Sequence record: OQ411014.1
Length of the DNA stretch: 64,000 nucleotides
Strand: one strand, 5' to 3'
Source of the DNA: Escherichia phage EJP2
The notes under the pieces were generated by a model. The model was not told the DNA's origin. It saw nothing but the letters and a program-made list of their open reading frames with translations, and made no database searches. Positions 30,507 through 39,568 of the stretch are shown here, piece by piece. The translations under genes and the position numbers were made by a program. Numbering within the stretch: the first letter of the stretch is position 1; each line of letters begins with the position of its first letter.

Positions 30507-30530
30507 GAAAGACACCCGAAGGTGTCTTAG
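30507..30530 (-). terminator. Hairpin with UUCG tetraloop after the gp25-like gene
   Basis: GACACC-CGAA-GGTGTC followed on the minus strand by TCTTTCTTTTT. Confidence 0.6.
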
Positions 30531-30533
30531 AAA

Positions 30534-30926
30534 TTATGCGGCATTTGAAACAATTGCCATCTTTTCGTTCGCTTCTCTGTCGAACTGTATGAATAGAGTT
30601 TCTTCGGTGTCGAGTTCCACATAGTAAAGGAACAAGTTAACACGAAAACCTCTATCAGTACTTAGGACTTCAACATATTGGAGTGAAACTCTAGGGTCAC
30701 CAGCAACAATGCGACGAGCATCCGCTTCTAATAGATTTTTATTACTATAAATGTCCAATTCAAATAATAAATCCCACCCTACAAATCCATATTGTGCATC
30801 CATAGCACGTTCACCTTTTCTGGTGTTGAAGTGGTTTAATAGATCGCGTTTGACTAGCTCCACATCATAAAGAACTTCAGTTCTTCCCACCTGTGGGGAT
30901 GCAAACCCCTTGTATATCACTGCCAT
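30534..30926 (-). CDS. 25: Baseplate wedge protein, gp25-like (130 aa)
   Basis: Size and motif (YDVELVKRDLLNHFNTRKGERAMDAQYG) match the gp25/GPW family. Confidence 0.65.
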   Translation of the reverse strand: MAVIYKGFASPQVGRTEVLYDVELVKRDLLNHFNTRKGERAMDAQYGFVGWDLLFELDIYSNKNLLEADARRIVAGDPRVSLQYVEVLSTDRGFRVNLFLYYVELDTEETLFIQFDREANEKMAIVSNAA

Positions 30927-30941
30927 ATTATTTTATCCTTA

Positions 30942-31430
30942 TTATTGGGATTCTACAATACGAGCTAATTTCTCTGCACGTGAAGTAGTTTGCTTATACC
31001 AAGTACTATCACGCATTTGACGTCCAGCTTCTTTATAATCACCCGCACCCATAGCAGCTAATGCTTTTTTGAAACCTAGAACACGACGTTTACCCATTTG
31101 AAAACACATTTGCCACAATACACGCTGGAGATCAATACCACCTTTCATACCGAATTGCTCATAAATCTCTTTTGCGTCATTAAATGCAACAGTTGCGTCT
31201 TTAATTAGTAGTGCATCGCCTTCTGACTCAGTTAAACCATTAGGAAATGTTTCGCCATTTACTAGCAAGTGACCATAACCAATAGTTGGTAAACCTAGAC
31301 TGTCTTTATATACATGAAACCGCCCGTTTTTAAAATATCCCTTCTTAGTTTGATAAGCGATAGTACCTTCATGCTCACGTACTTCTTTGTGGAAGATACT
31401 ATCGTCATTTTTTAAAACCCAATTGCTCAT
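30942..31430 (-). CDS. T4-lysozyme-like GH24 endolysin (162 aa)
   Basis: EHEG...YKDSLGLPTIGYGHLL and C-terminal MRDSTWYKQT align to T4 lysozyme with the catalytic Glu/Asp/Thr positions conserved; paralog of the C-terminal domain of the adjacent spike gene. Confidence 0.85.
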   Translation of the reverse strand: MSNWVLKNDDSIFHKEVREHEGTIAYQTKKGYFKNGRFHVYKDSLGLPTIGYGHLLVNGETFPNGLTESEGDALLIKDATVAFNDAKEIYEQFGMKGGIDLQRVLWQMCFQMGKRRVLGFKKALAAMGAGDYKEAGRQMRDSTWYKQTTSRAEKLARIVESQ

Positions 31431-31463
31431 AATTTACCCTCTGTTATGTTAGTGGTAAATTAT

Positions 31464-34157
31464 TTATGCACATGCCTCGATTCTGCGTGCTAATTCCTCA
31501 ACACGTCTACGAGTTTGTCTATACCAAGTACTGTCACGCATTTCATGGGCTGCTAATTTGTAATTGCCTGCTGCTAGTGCTTTTAAGAAATTGGTAAACC
31601 CACGAACGCCACCACCACGTGTTTTACTACCAGCACCAAGCTGGAATACCATCTCTGTCAGTACTATCTGTGCCATATAAGGTGTTTGCATCTTATATTC
31701 AGCATAAATTTGACATGCAGAGTTTACGGATGAAACCAAATCTTTTTTAAGAATAGTTTCAGCTTCAGCTTCTGTAATACCATTAGGGAAACCACCATCT
31801 GCTCTAGTTAGGAAGTGACCATAACCAATTGTCAGACCATGAGCATCAACATAAGGCCAGAATCTACCATTACGGAAGGTTCCAACTGATGTTTGGTATC
31901 CAATGTTACCTTCAAACTCTTTAATATCCGAAACAAGCTGGTTATCACTCGGTTGTACCTTCCAACCAATCTTGGATTTGTCAATAGAACTCAAATCAAC
32001 ACGTGAAGCAGGTGGCTCATTGGTTGCATTACTAGTTGAGCGTCGTTTCGCTGTTGTTCTTCGTGGGATACGTTTAGAACCACGTTGTGCATATCCAGTA
32101 CCGATACCACTTACCTTGCGAATGACAACCAAATCAGTACTGTCAACCGAACTTTGACTATCTGTAATTGGTGGAGCGTTCTTATTCGATACTTCACCCT
32201 TAGTTAGTGACTTGCCAGCGGCATCTTCACCTTGTCCAGTGACTGTTGTGTAGAATAATCCAGGGTCAACTGTACCACTAAAGCCAAATAAGTTTGCAGA
32301 ACGGGTTCTGACCTCAAAATTGAGCACTCCATTAACTGTACCAATTACTGCACCCTTTTGTACCATATCTTTATTGTACAAATTAGTACTGATACCGTAG
32401 AATATACTCTTATAACCACTCTTATGTGTAATTACTAAACCATTCTTACCTACAGTTGTGATTAATCCACCATCAGGGGCAACTACATCACCTTTGGCTT
32501 GAATAATCCAACCATTTCTGTTAGTTTGTGTTCCCTTATCAGTAGGTACTTGTTTACCCCAATAACCGAACTCACGAATAACACCACTCACAGGCATTAC
32601 CATCTGTAATCCTTCAAATGTTTGTGGATATGTCATTTCTGATGGAGATTGTGTTAAATCTTGTGTCATTACTTCACCAACTTCTTCAGTAGTGTTTATG
32701 AACTGAACTGCTTCTGTTTCCTGAACTGGAACAGTTTGAACTTCAACATCATTTGCTGGTTCTGGCTGTACTGGGTCAGTTGTTGAGCTTCTACCACCAC
32801 CATTTACTGGAGGATTCATTGCATCACTATGGTTTTCTGCATCAGTGAACTGTGAGTGATAGTGGATGTGGTCATTAAGGCCAACACTAGGAGTTTTGAA
32901 GTTTGGAGCCATAAATTCTGCACTTCCGTGGTTACCAGATGAATCAACTGTTAGTGTTTGTCCACCCCCACTAATATTAACTGTGGTTCCACCAATCAAG
33001 TTAGCAGATGTTTCACCTTTAATGGAAACAGTTGTTCCAGCAGTCATGTCCGTATTAGATCCACTCTGCATACGCAAAGATGCAGCAGTAACTAGACGTA
33101 AATCTGCTCCAACGTTAACAACTACCTGACCAGATACTTTAGTATCTAAAGAACCAAGCAATTCTAACTTAGTAGCTCCTGCTACACGCCAGTTCATATC
33201 TTTACCTACATCAAAGTTAACAGAACCTGTTGCATTGAAGTTAATGTCTTGACCAGAACGAATATTCACGTTCTTGTCACAATATAAATCAATATCACCA
33301 TCAGCAGTAAATTTAATACGAGCAGTACCATCGCGGTTAATCAAAAGAACGTCACCACTTGCTTCACTCAATAGTAATTGAGCACCACTACGAGTTCTTA
33401 GTACAATGCCTTCGTTTTTACGACCACCAACGGTTGTATCATTGACTGGGTTACTAAATTGGGTATCCTGATAACCATCTGGGTCATCAGCCCATGTAGG
33501 AGCATTCAATTCAGCATCTGTGTAGCCATCATCCAGAATAAAACTGTTTCCACGAGGTGAAGACATACCATAAACAGTACTGGTAGTTTGTCTAGTGGAA
33601 CTTCTGTTAGCAACACCTGCTTCTTCATCATATAGTAAGTTTTGTTTCTTCAATCCTTCAATCATTGGGACGTTTGGGTACTTTTCTTCACGATTTGTTT
33701 GAATTGTGTTACGATCATAGTCAGTTACTGGTACTGGCATGTCATGACCACTATTAGGCATCACTTCGGTTGCCATACCAGGAACCATTGTGTTCATACG
33801 CTCATCATATAGACATGCAAACCAATAAGCATCGAAAATACGACCTTGCTTAAAGCATACGGCAACTGTACAACCAACATCCGGTGGTACAGCCCAGAAT
33901 CCGTATCCTTTTGGGTACTGTTGATATGAGTTAGCTCCAGGAACACCCGGAGTTCTTCCTGCGAATGGGGCAAGATATCTTGCCTCAATCCATGAATCTT
34001 TAGAATCTCTGTCACTCTGAGAACCTTCAATCCAAACCTTTAGTTTCCCACTATGAGTTGGGTCACGGTTATCCATTACTGTAGCTAATTGGATAAATCT
34101 GGGGTCAAAACGTGCTAGTTGGTTTTCAGCGAACTGTTTACTGTTATTGGTCGCCAT
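31464..34157 (-). CDS. Baseplate hub spike, gp5-like, with OB-fold, beta-helix (HIHYH), degenerate M23/LytM-like domain and C-terminal T4-lysozyme-like domain
   Basis: N-terminal gp5/VgrG-type OB motif (ATVMDNRDPTHSGKLKVWIEG...WIEARYLAPFAG); beta-helix repeats with HIHYH; M23-like block (32307-32600) with zinc-ligand positions substituted; C-terminal domain (31464-31964) aligns to T4 lysozyme with catalytic residues intact. Start placed at MATNNSK (AAGGA RBS); track start is 34196. Confidence 0.8.
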   Translation of the reverse strand: MATNNSKQFAENQLARFDPRFIQLATVMDNRDPTHSGKLKVWIEGSQSDRDSKDSWIEARYLAPFAGRTPGVPGANSYQQYPKGYGFWAVPPDVGCTVAVCFKQGRIFDAYWFACLYDERMNTMVPGMATEVMPNSGHDMPVPVTDYDRNTIQTNREEKYPNVPMIEGLKKQNLLYDEEAGVANRSSTRQTTSTVYGMSSPRGNSFILDDGYTDAELNAPTWADDPDGYQDTQFSNPVNDTTVGGRKNEGIVLRTRSGAQLLLSEASGDVLLINRDGTARIKFTADGDIDLYCDKNVNIRSGQDINFNATGSVNFDVGKDMNWRVAGATKLELLGSLDTKVSGQVVVNVGADLRLVTAASLRMQSGSNTDMTAGTTVSIKGETSANLIGGTTVNISGGGQTLTVDSSGNHGSAEFMAPNFKTPSVGLNDHIHYHSQFTDAENHSDAMNPPVNGGGRSSTTDPVQPEPANDVEVQTVPVQETEAVQFINTTEEVGEVMTQDLTQSPSEMTYPQTFEGLQMVMPVSGVIREFGYWGKQVPTDKGTQTNRNGWIIQAKGDVVAPDGGLITTVGKNGLVITHKSGYKSIFYGISTNLYNKDMVQKGAVIGTVNGVLNFEVRTRSANLFGFSGTVDPGLFYTTVTGQGEDAAGKSLTKGEVSNKNAPPITDSQSSVDSTDLVVIRKVSGIGTGYAQRGSKRIPRRTTAKRRSTSNATNEPPASRVDLSSIDKSKIGWKVQPSDNQLVSDIKEFEGNIGYQTSVGTFRNGRFWPYVDAHGLTIGYGHFLTRADGGFPNGITEAEAETILKKDLVSSVNSACQIYAEYKMQTPYMAQIVLTEMVFQLGAGSKTRGGGVRGFTNFLKALAAGNYKLAAHEMRDSTWYRQTRRRVEELARRIEACA

Positions 34158-36489
34158 TGCTTGCTGTTCCTTCATCATAATCAGTAGTTTGGTCACGACG
34201 ACGTAGTGAACGGATCACTAATCCACCAGTTAATTGCTGGGTGAACTTACCAGAACCATCAAATTCACTCACAACACTGTTTACACGGTAAATTGTTTGC
34301 GTGAAGATGGTTGGTGTGTCGATTTCCAAAATACCTGTGTTGTTACTAATAGCAACAACGGGTTTAATATTCAATAGTAGATATGCTTCACTGTCAATGT
34401 AGTTTGCGAAGTGAATATCGTCATCACCGACAGCCATTTCTTGGTCATTTACAACTCTATCAAGGTATTGTAGGTAAGAGTAGTCACTCCATCCCAACCA
34501 GTACGGATCACCAATAACCTTCATGTCCAATTTACCTAAGAATGCACGGTTATAGTAGTTGTCACGCATCAAACGACGATCCATTTCGTATTCAGTACTG
34601 TTATCGTTTACAGAACCACTGGTTGCTGTTACGATGTTTGTTGGTTCCAACGGAATTGACTTAACTTGTCCATTATCAGAGCCAATACCTTCAGTACCTG
34701 CATAAGTTAGGTCATATTCATCACGATAGTCTTCAATATATTCATTTACACGAGCGTGAACGTCCAAACGTGTCTCAAGTTGTTCCTTGACACCTTCAAT
34801 TGATAAACCTAGTTTATCAGAAGCGGCTGCGGTTGCATCACGTATGAATTGTTGCTCTTCATCTGATAGTGCACGACCTTCACGCTCATCTTTCTCCAAC
34901 TGAACCTTCTTTGACCACATTGCAGTTACGTTTGTGGTTACTGACGTATCATATCGAACATCATCGAGTACTAATATTTCAGCATTGTGAGTACCTAAAC
35001 GGTTGTCGAAGTCGATTTGTGTTGTTGGGTTACGTGTTACTGCTAAGTTGAATCCTTGGTCGAATTTAATATCCAGATTAAGAATTTCTTGGTTAAGACC
35101 TGTAAACTGATAGTCATAACGTTTAATATTCAATTTAGGAGTATTGTCATTTGGGTCTGCGAATTTATCTGCATTCTCAAAGAAGTATTCAATGTTGAAT
35201 TTGTCTTGCTTTAAGTCATCTTCACTAGTTACATCACCAATTTTATATTTTACAATATAGAAATCGTTTTTATAGACTGATGTATTACGAATATTATCAA
35301 ATCCGACATAACGACGAACTGGAATGATATTCACGAACTGACGTTTGCGGTCAGTACTTTCATGTAGAGGAACACAACAGTCCAGTACATCATCTATTGC
35401 ACGAGAGAATGGCACGTTAGCAGCCCAAGAGAAGTTCTTAGCACCTTGTTGACCATTCTTAGTATTACCAACTTCAGTACTTTGTTTAGCATCATAGTTG
35501 ATAGTCATAGTTGCTAGTTCAGAAGGAACATGAATAGTAAAGAATTCATTGTTTGCAAATTCTGGATATTTAAATGTTAAATAACCATACTGTTCTTCTG
35601 CTTGTTCATTTAGTTTATCCTGAATGCTTTGAAGAAAGTCACCAAAGGTTGCTGATGTGCATGTATATGGTTCTAGCATTGTCCAGTCTTTGTTATCAAC
35701 CAATGCAGTACGGTTTGCCACTAAATTCATGTCGTACTTAACAGTACCACCAGATTCAGTTGCACGACCTTTAATATCGTTAATCCTCACACACCATTTA
35801 CGGTTCAATCCAGTTATAGTTTCTGGTTTACCAGTATTTTGGTCATATCCAACGAAGTTCAATTCTAATACCATTGGCACGTCCATGAATTTTTGATATC
35901 CAAGACGGTTAGACATTACAACTATCTCATCCCATAAACTCATACCTGAGTCTTCTGAAATTTCAATAGTACATTCGTTGAATGAGAAGTTTGAAGTACT
36001 GGCTGGTGTCGCTGGTGCTACACTTTTGATTTTTACGTTAGTAATTGAATATCTTCCAGTTACCCCAGATTGTGCTATAATATATTTTGTAATTTGTTGG
36101 TTCGGTGATGACCAAAACAACGCATATTCTTCGGGTTCCATACTGTACAAAGAAAAGTTCCAAGTTACATTATGATACTTCAAAAGAATATTTTCATATG
36201 GTAGTACTATGTCGTTTAGGTTCCAGTCATTCTTAACTGACAAGTCATCAGTACTTCTAGCGTTAGTATTCTTTGGTCTTTCATCATTCGGTTTAGCACT
36301 AAATGGGTTAGAAATATTTGGCATTGCACCTTTAACCACATTAGTGACTTCTCCTTTGACAGTACTTTTTACTTTATCGATTGAAGGAATCTTACCTTTA
36401 ATTTCGGCAACTTTCTCTTGAGCAACTTCAACTGGTCTGTTGAGTTGGTCAACTGTAGCTGTAACGATTCCTTGTACATTATTTGCCAT
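34144..36489 (-). CDS. Hypothetical baseplate-associated protein (781 aa)
   Basis: Long ORF immediately upstream of, and overlapping, the gp5-like gene; RBS AAAGGA. Confidence 0.5.
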   Translation of the reverse strand: MANNVQGIVTATVDQLNRPVEVAQEKVAEIKGKIPSIDKVKSTVKGEVTNVVKGAMPNISNPFSAKPNDERPKNTNARSTDDLSVKNDWNLNDIVLPYENILLKYHNVTWNFSLYSMEPEEYALFWSSPNQQITKYIIAQSGVTGRYSITNVKIKSVAPATPASTSNFSFNECTIEISEDSGMSLWDEIVVMSNRLGYQKFMDVPMVLELNFVGYDQNTGKPETITGLNRKWCVRINDIKGRATESGGTVKYDMNLVANRTALVDNKDWTMLEPYTCTSATFGDFLQSIQDKLNEQAEEQYGYLTFKYPEFANNEFFTIHVPSELATMTINYDAKQSTEVGNTKNGQQGAKNFSWAANVPFSRAIDDVLDCCVPLHESTDRKRQFVNIIPVRRYVGFDNIRNTSVYKNDFYIVKYKIGDVTSEDDLKQDKFNIEYFFENADKFADPNDNTPKLNIKRYDYQFTGLNQEILNLDIKFDQGFNLAVTRNPTTQIDFDNRLGTHNAEILVLDDVRYDTSVTTNVTAMWSKKVQLEKDEREGRALSDEEQQFIRDATAAASDKLGLSIEGVKEQLETRLDVHARVNEYIEDYRDEYDLTYAGTEGIGSDNGQVKSIPLEPTNIVTATSGSVNDNSTEYEMDRRLMRDNYYNRAFLGKLDMKVIGDPYWLGWSDYSYLQYLDRVVNDQEMAVGDDDIHFANYIDSEAYLLLNIKPVVAISNNTGILEIDTPTIFTQTIYRVNSVVSEFDGSGKFTQQLTGGLVIRSLRRRDQTTDYDEGTASNGDQ

Positions 36490-36503
36490 GTTGATTTATC
36501 CTT

Positions 36504-36815
36504 TTATTTTACGTTACGTGATCCACTCAAGTAGCTTTGGACTCGCTGGACTGTAGGTATACGAATTGTCTTTCCAGCTTGAAAATCATAGATTGGGTCT
36601 TCTAGTGATGGATTTAATAATGAAAAGATGTATAATAGTCTTTCATTACCATATAGTTCAGCAGCAAGTCTCCACGGCTGACAGTCATACTTCGATGGGA
36701 TGACATAATCTACATCAGAGTCTGCTGGTAGCAGACCGCGTGGAAGATTGTAATCCAGATACCACGTTTGTTTAACTTTTGAGTACGGTGAGTACTGGCT
36801 ATATTTAGAGGCCAT
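36504..36815 (-). CDS. Hypothetical protein (103 aa)
   Basis: Small ORF in the operon; its start overlaps the stop of the upstream gene. Confidence 0.45.
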   Translation of the reverse strand: MASKYSQYSPYSKVKQTWYLDYNLPRGLLPADSDVDYVIPSKYDCQPWRLAAELYGNERLLYIFSLLNPSLEDPIYDFQAGKTIRIPTVQRVQSYLSGSRNVK

Positions 36816-37546
36816 TAGATGAACCCTCCTTTGCGTAATAGTTTACCTGTTTTATAGTCATTTAGGTTGAACTTCTTTGTCATAAAATCAGATGTTGGTT
36901 GTTCTTCCATCTGAAGAGTTACAGATACTTTCTGTGGAACCCAGACTTCATTCTCTGCGTTCATGAATCCAGTACTTCTAAGTTGTTGGAAGAAAGCACG
37001 AGTACCTTTATCGGTAAAATCGTACGTATCAGAGCTTGTATTCACTGGCACTTGTATGTATGATACGTCATTAGCTAAGTTAATGGTGTAGCTTTTAAGT
37101 ATCACAGGAATATCATTGTACATGTACCGACCATAACCACTTAGTAATAGGATTGGTGGTGGTGCACCAACGACTGCACGGTTTTCAACTTGGTTAGCTG
37201 CTGCTTTTCGACCGAAGTCCATCAACGAGACGGAACGAATGAAATGTAAGCAACTCAACAAGTACATACCTTCTGCTGCTGTATTGGCATAGAAGTCACC
37301 TTGGATGGTGAAGTTCGTGTTGGAAGTACATTTATAGTTGTTGTATGAACTATTAGAATGAACTGGTTGTTCTGTTTCATAGTTCACTTGTCTACTTTCT
37401 GAGATAATAGGGGTATAGTTCCATACCATACCGTTAGTTGAACGTAGAAACGATAGTATTGTAGGATTCTTTGTGTCACCCAAGTCTCCGTACACGTAAT
37501 CACGTGCGGCATCCTTCGGGCGTAAACGGATTCTGCGGTCAATCAT
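36815..37546 (-). CDS. Hypothetical baseplate/tail protein (~244 aa)
   Basis: Start placed at MIDRRIRL with GGAGA RBS and a late-type motif (37577-37584) ~31 bp upstream; track start is 37570. Confidence 0.5.
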   Translation of the reverse strand: MIDRRIRLRPKDAARDYVYGDLGDTKNPTILSFLRSTNGMVWNYTPIISESRQVNYETEQPVHSNSSYNNYKCTSNTNFTIQGDFYANTAAEGMYLLSCLHFIRSVSLMDFGRKAAANQVENRAVVGAPPPILLLSGYGRYMYNDIPVILKSYTINLANDVSYIQVPVNTSSDTYDFTDKGTRAFFQQLRSTGFMNAENEVWVPQKVSVTLQMEEQPTSDFMTKKFNLNDYKTGKLLRKGGFI

Positions 37547-37576
37547 TTTTATTCTCCAAAAATTTGTCATTTGATG

Positions 37577-37584
37577 TATTTATG
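37577..37584 (-). promoter_or_regulatory. Late-promoter-like motif CATAAATA on minus strand (244-aa gene)
   Basis: Plus-strand TATTTATG, ~31 bp upstream of start 37546; back-to-back with the promoter at 37586. Confidence 0.35.
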
Positions 37585-37585
37585 A

Positions 37586-37615
37586 TTGAGACAACCAGAA
37601 AAAATGTGATATAAT
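37586..37615 (+). promoter_or_regulatory. Sigma70-type early/middle promoter for the gp55/gp47/gp46 operon
   Basis: TTGAGA 37586-37591, TGATATAAT 37607-37615; same architecture as 14478-14507. Confidence 0.7.
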
Positions 37616-37668
37616 AGAGTGGTAGGACACGGATAGTCCTCTGAGATGTAAAACATGGAGACAATATA

Positions 37669-38532
37669 ATGATAAACACTAAGCCGAAGCGTAAGAAGTA
37701 TTTGAATAACGCTGACTTACTAAGAGAGATACACATAAGTAAAATGTCGTATTGCTATCTGCTAGATCGTGCTTATAGTATGTATGACTACATAGTTTTT
37801 GATGAATCCGAAATCACTGAAGAAATCTTAGAAAAGGCTTCAGCGGCTCGAATCAAACGACTAAACAATGAAGCGATTGACAAGATTCGCGTAAAAGATG
37901 GACTATCAGCTAAGAAAGCGAAAGAACAAGCTGAAAGTTTAGGTGTAGTATTGAGTACTGTACCACAAGATGAAGTAGTGATTCGTGTAATCACCGATGA
38001 ACATATCCCTTTCGATGCTTCCAACAAGAAAGGTGAGAAGTTCCGAGTAAACTTTGAACCATTCAAACACTACATCGTTGATGATTGTGGAGAGATAGTT
38101 GAAGTTGGTCGGTCACATTGGCGTGGTGATTTAGAAAACGGTGAGTTCTCAATGGACCACGGTCGAATTACAAATGAACTCGGTAAAATGTTTATCAAAC
38201 TTGCTGAACAGATTTCACACAAGACTAACTATAGACGTTATACGTACTTGGATGAAATGATGGGCGATGCTCGTGTTCAACTAGTCAAGAATGCTCTTCT
38301 CTTCAAAGAAAGTATTCTGTACAAAAAAGTGAAACCTGCTGTGCAGTTGAATCCCTTTTCATATTATACATCGTTTGTTAACAACGCGTTTCGTTCAGTA
38401 CTGAATGCTGAAAAGAATGTACGTAACATCCGTGATGATTTGTTGGAATTGAATGGCTTTAACCCAAGTCATACTCGTCAACTAGAAATCGAAATTCAAA
38501 TGCAAGAAAGGAAAAACAATGGCACTATTTGA
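37669..38532 (+). CDS. 55: Late-transcription sigma factor, gp55-like (287 aa, with a ~100-aa insertion relative to T4 gp55)
   Basis: N-terminal TKPK..Y.NN.DLL motif and C-terminal region (LAEQIS..NYRRYTYLDEMMGDA...NPFSYYTSFVNNAFRSVLNAEKN) align to T4 gp55; sigma70-type promoter at 37586-37615. Confidence 0.75.
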   Translation: MINTKPKRKKYLNNADLLREIHISKMSYCYLLDRAYSMYDYIVFDESEITEEILEKASAARIKRLNNEAIDKIRVKDGLSAKKAKEQAESLGVVLSTVPQDEVVIRVITDEHIPFDASNKKGEKFRVNFEPFKHYIVDDCGEIVEVGRSHWRGDLENGEFSMDHGRITNELGKMFIKLAEQISHKTNYRRYTYLDEMMGDARVQLVKNALLFKESILYKKVKPAVQLNPFSYYTSFVNNAFRSVLNAEKNVRNIRDDLLELNGFNPSHTRQLEIEIQMQERKNNGTI

Positions 38533-39553
38533 TAAAGCAGTTACTTTTACAGATATTCATCTTGGTCTAAAGAACAACAGTAAAGAACACAACGAAGATT
38601 GTTTGAACTTCGTGAAGTTCATGATTGCTGAAGCGAAGAAACAAAATATACGTACTTGCATCTTTATGGGAGATTTCTTCCATAATAGAAGCAACGTAAA
38701 CATAAGTACTTTGAACTATGGTTTGGAAGTTATGAAACTTCTAAACGAGAACTTCGATAAAGTATATTTTCTTGTCGGGAACCACGATATGTACCACAAG
38801 AACAAACGTGACATTACCAGTATCAATATGGCACAGGCGTTCGAGAACATACATTTCGTGAATGAGATGGAAACTATTGATGATTGCACTTTCATTCCTT
38901 TTATGATTGATGACGAATACACAAAGTTACCATCTCTACGAAGCAAATACGTTTTTGGTCACTTAGAATTACCTGGATACCTCTTGAATAAAATGGTCGA
39001 AATGCCTAACCACGGTAAAGAGACTCAAGAGTCATTCAATGGTTGTGAATACGTCTTTAGTGGACACTTCCATAAACGACAATCTAAAATTACACCAAGC
39101 GGTACTAAGGTACTGTACACTGGAAACTGTTTTCCACATGACTTTTCTGATACATGGGATGATGCACGTGGTATTATGATTCTTGAACACGGTAAAGACC
39201 CATATTTTGTTGCTTGGGATAAAGCACCGAAGTATAGAACCTTTACTTTGTCTGAACTTCTGTCTGACCCATCATATTACGTCCAAGATGATGTAATTGC
39301 TAAAGTTCAAATTGATATTCCTGTTACTATGGATGAGATTAGTTACATTCGTGAACTATTCAGTACTATTCATAATATCAGAGAGTTCAACGTAGTAACG
39401 AACAAGAAAGCAGTGATGGATGATGTTGAGAAGATGGTGGATTCATCTGAAGGGACTGAAACAGTCGATGAGATTGTACTACGTCAAATCAGTGAAATTG
39501 ATTCACCAATATTCGACAAGAATCTACTAATGCAAATTTACACATCACTATAA
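38519..39553 (+). CDS. 47: Recombination/repair nuclease subunit, gp47-like (Mre11/SbcD family)
   Basis: Calcineurin-like phosphoesterase motifs (TDIHLG, GDFFHNR, GNHDMY, GHxH) and T4 gp47-like size; followed by the Rad50-like gene as in T4. Confidence 0.8.
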   Translation: MALFDKAVTFTDIHLGLKNNSKEHNEDCLNFVKFMIAEAKKQNIRTCIFMGDFFHNRSNVNISTLNYGLEVMKLLNENFDKVYFLVGNHDMYHKNKRDITSINMAQAFENIHFVNEMETIDDCTFIPFMIDDEYTKLPSLRSKYVFGHLELPGYLLNKMVEMPNHGKETQESFNGCEYVFSGHFHKRQSKITPSGTKVLYTGNCFPHDFSDTWDDARGIMILEHGKDPYFVAWDKAPKYRTFTLSELLSDPSYYVQDDVIAKVQIDIPVTMDEISYIRELFSTIHNIREFNVVTNKKAVMDDVEKMVDSSEGTETVDEIVLRQISEIDSPIFDKNLLMQIYTSL

Positions 39554-39568
39554 TCAAGGAGAGCACGG

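Noticed and set aside
36486-36505. GATTTATC near the starts of the genes at 971 and 36489 as late promoters
   Set aside because: On the coding strand these read AAGGAGATAAATCAA-ATG and AAAGGATAAATCAAC-ATG, so they are a conserved RBS and spacer rather than promoters.
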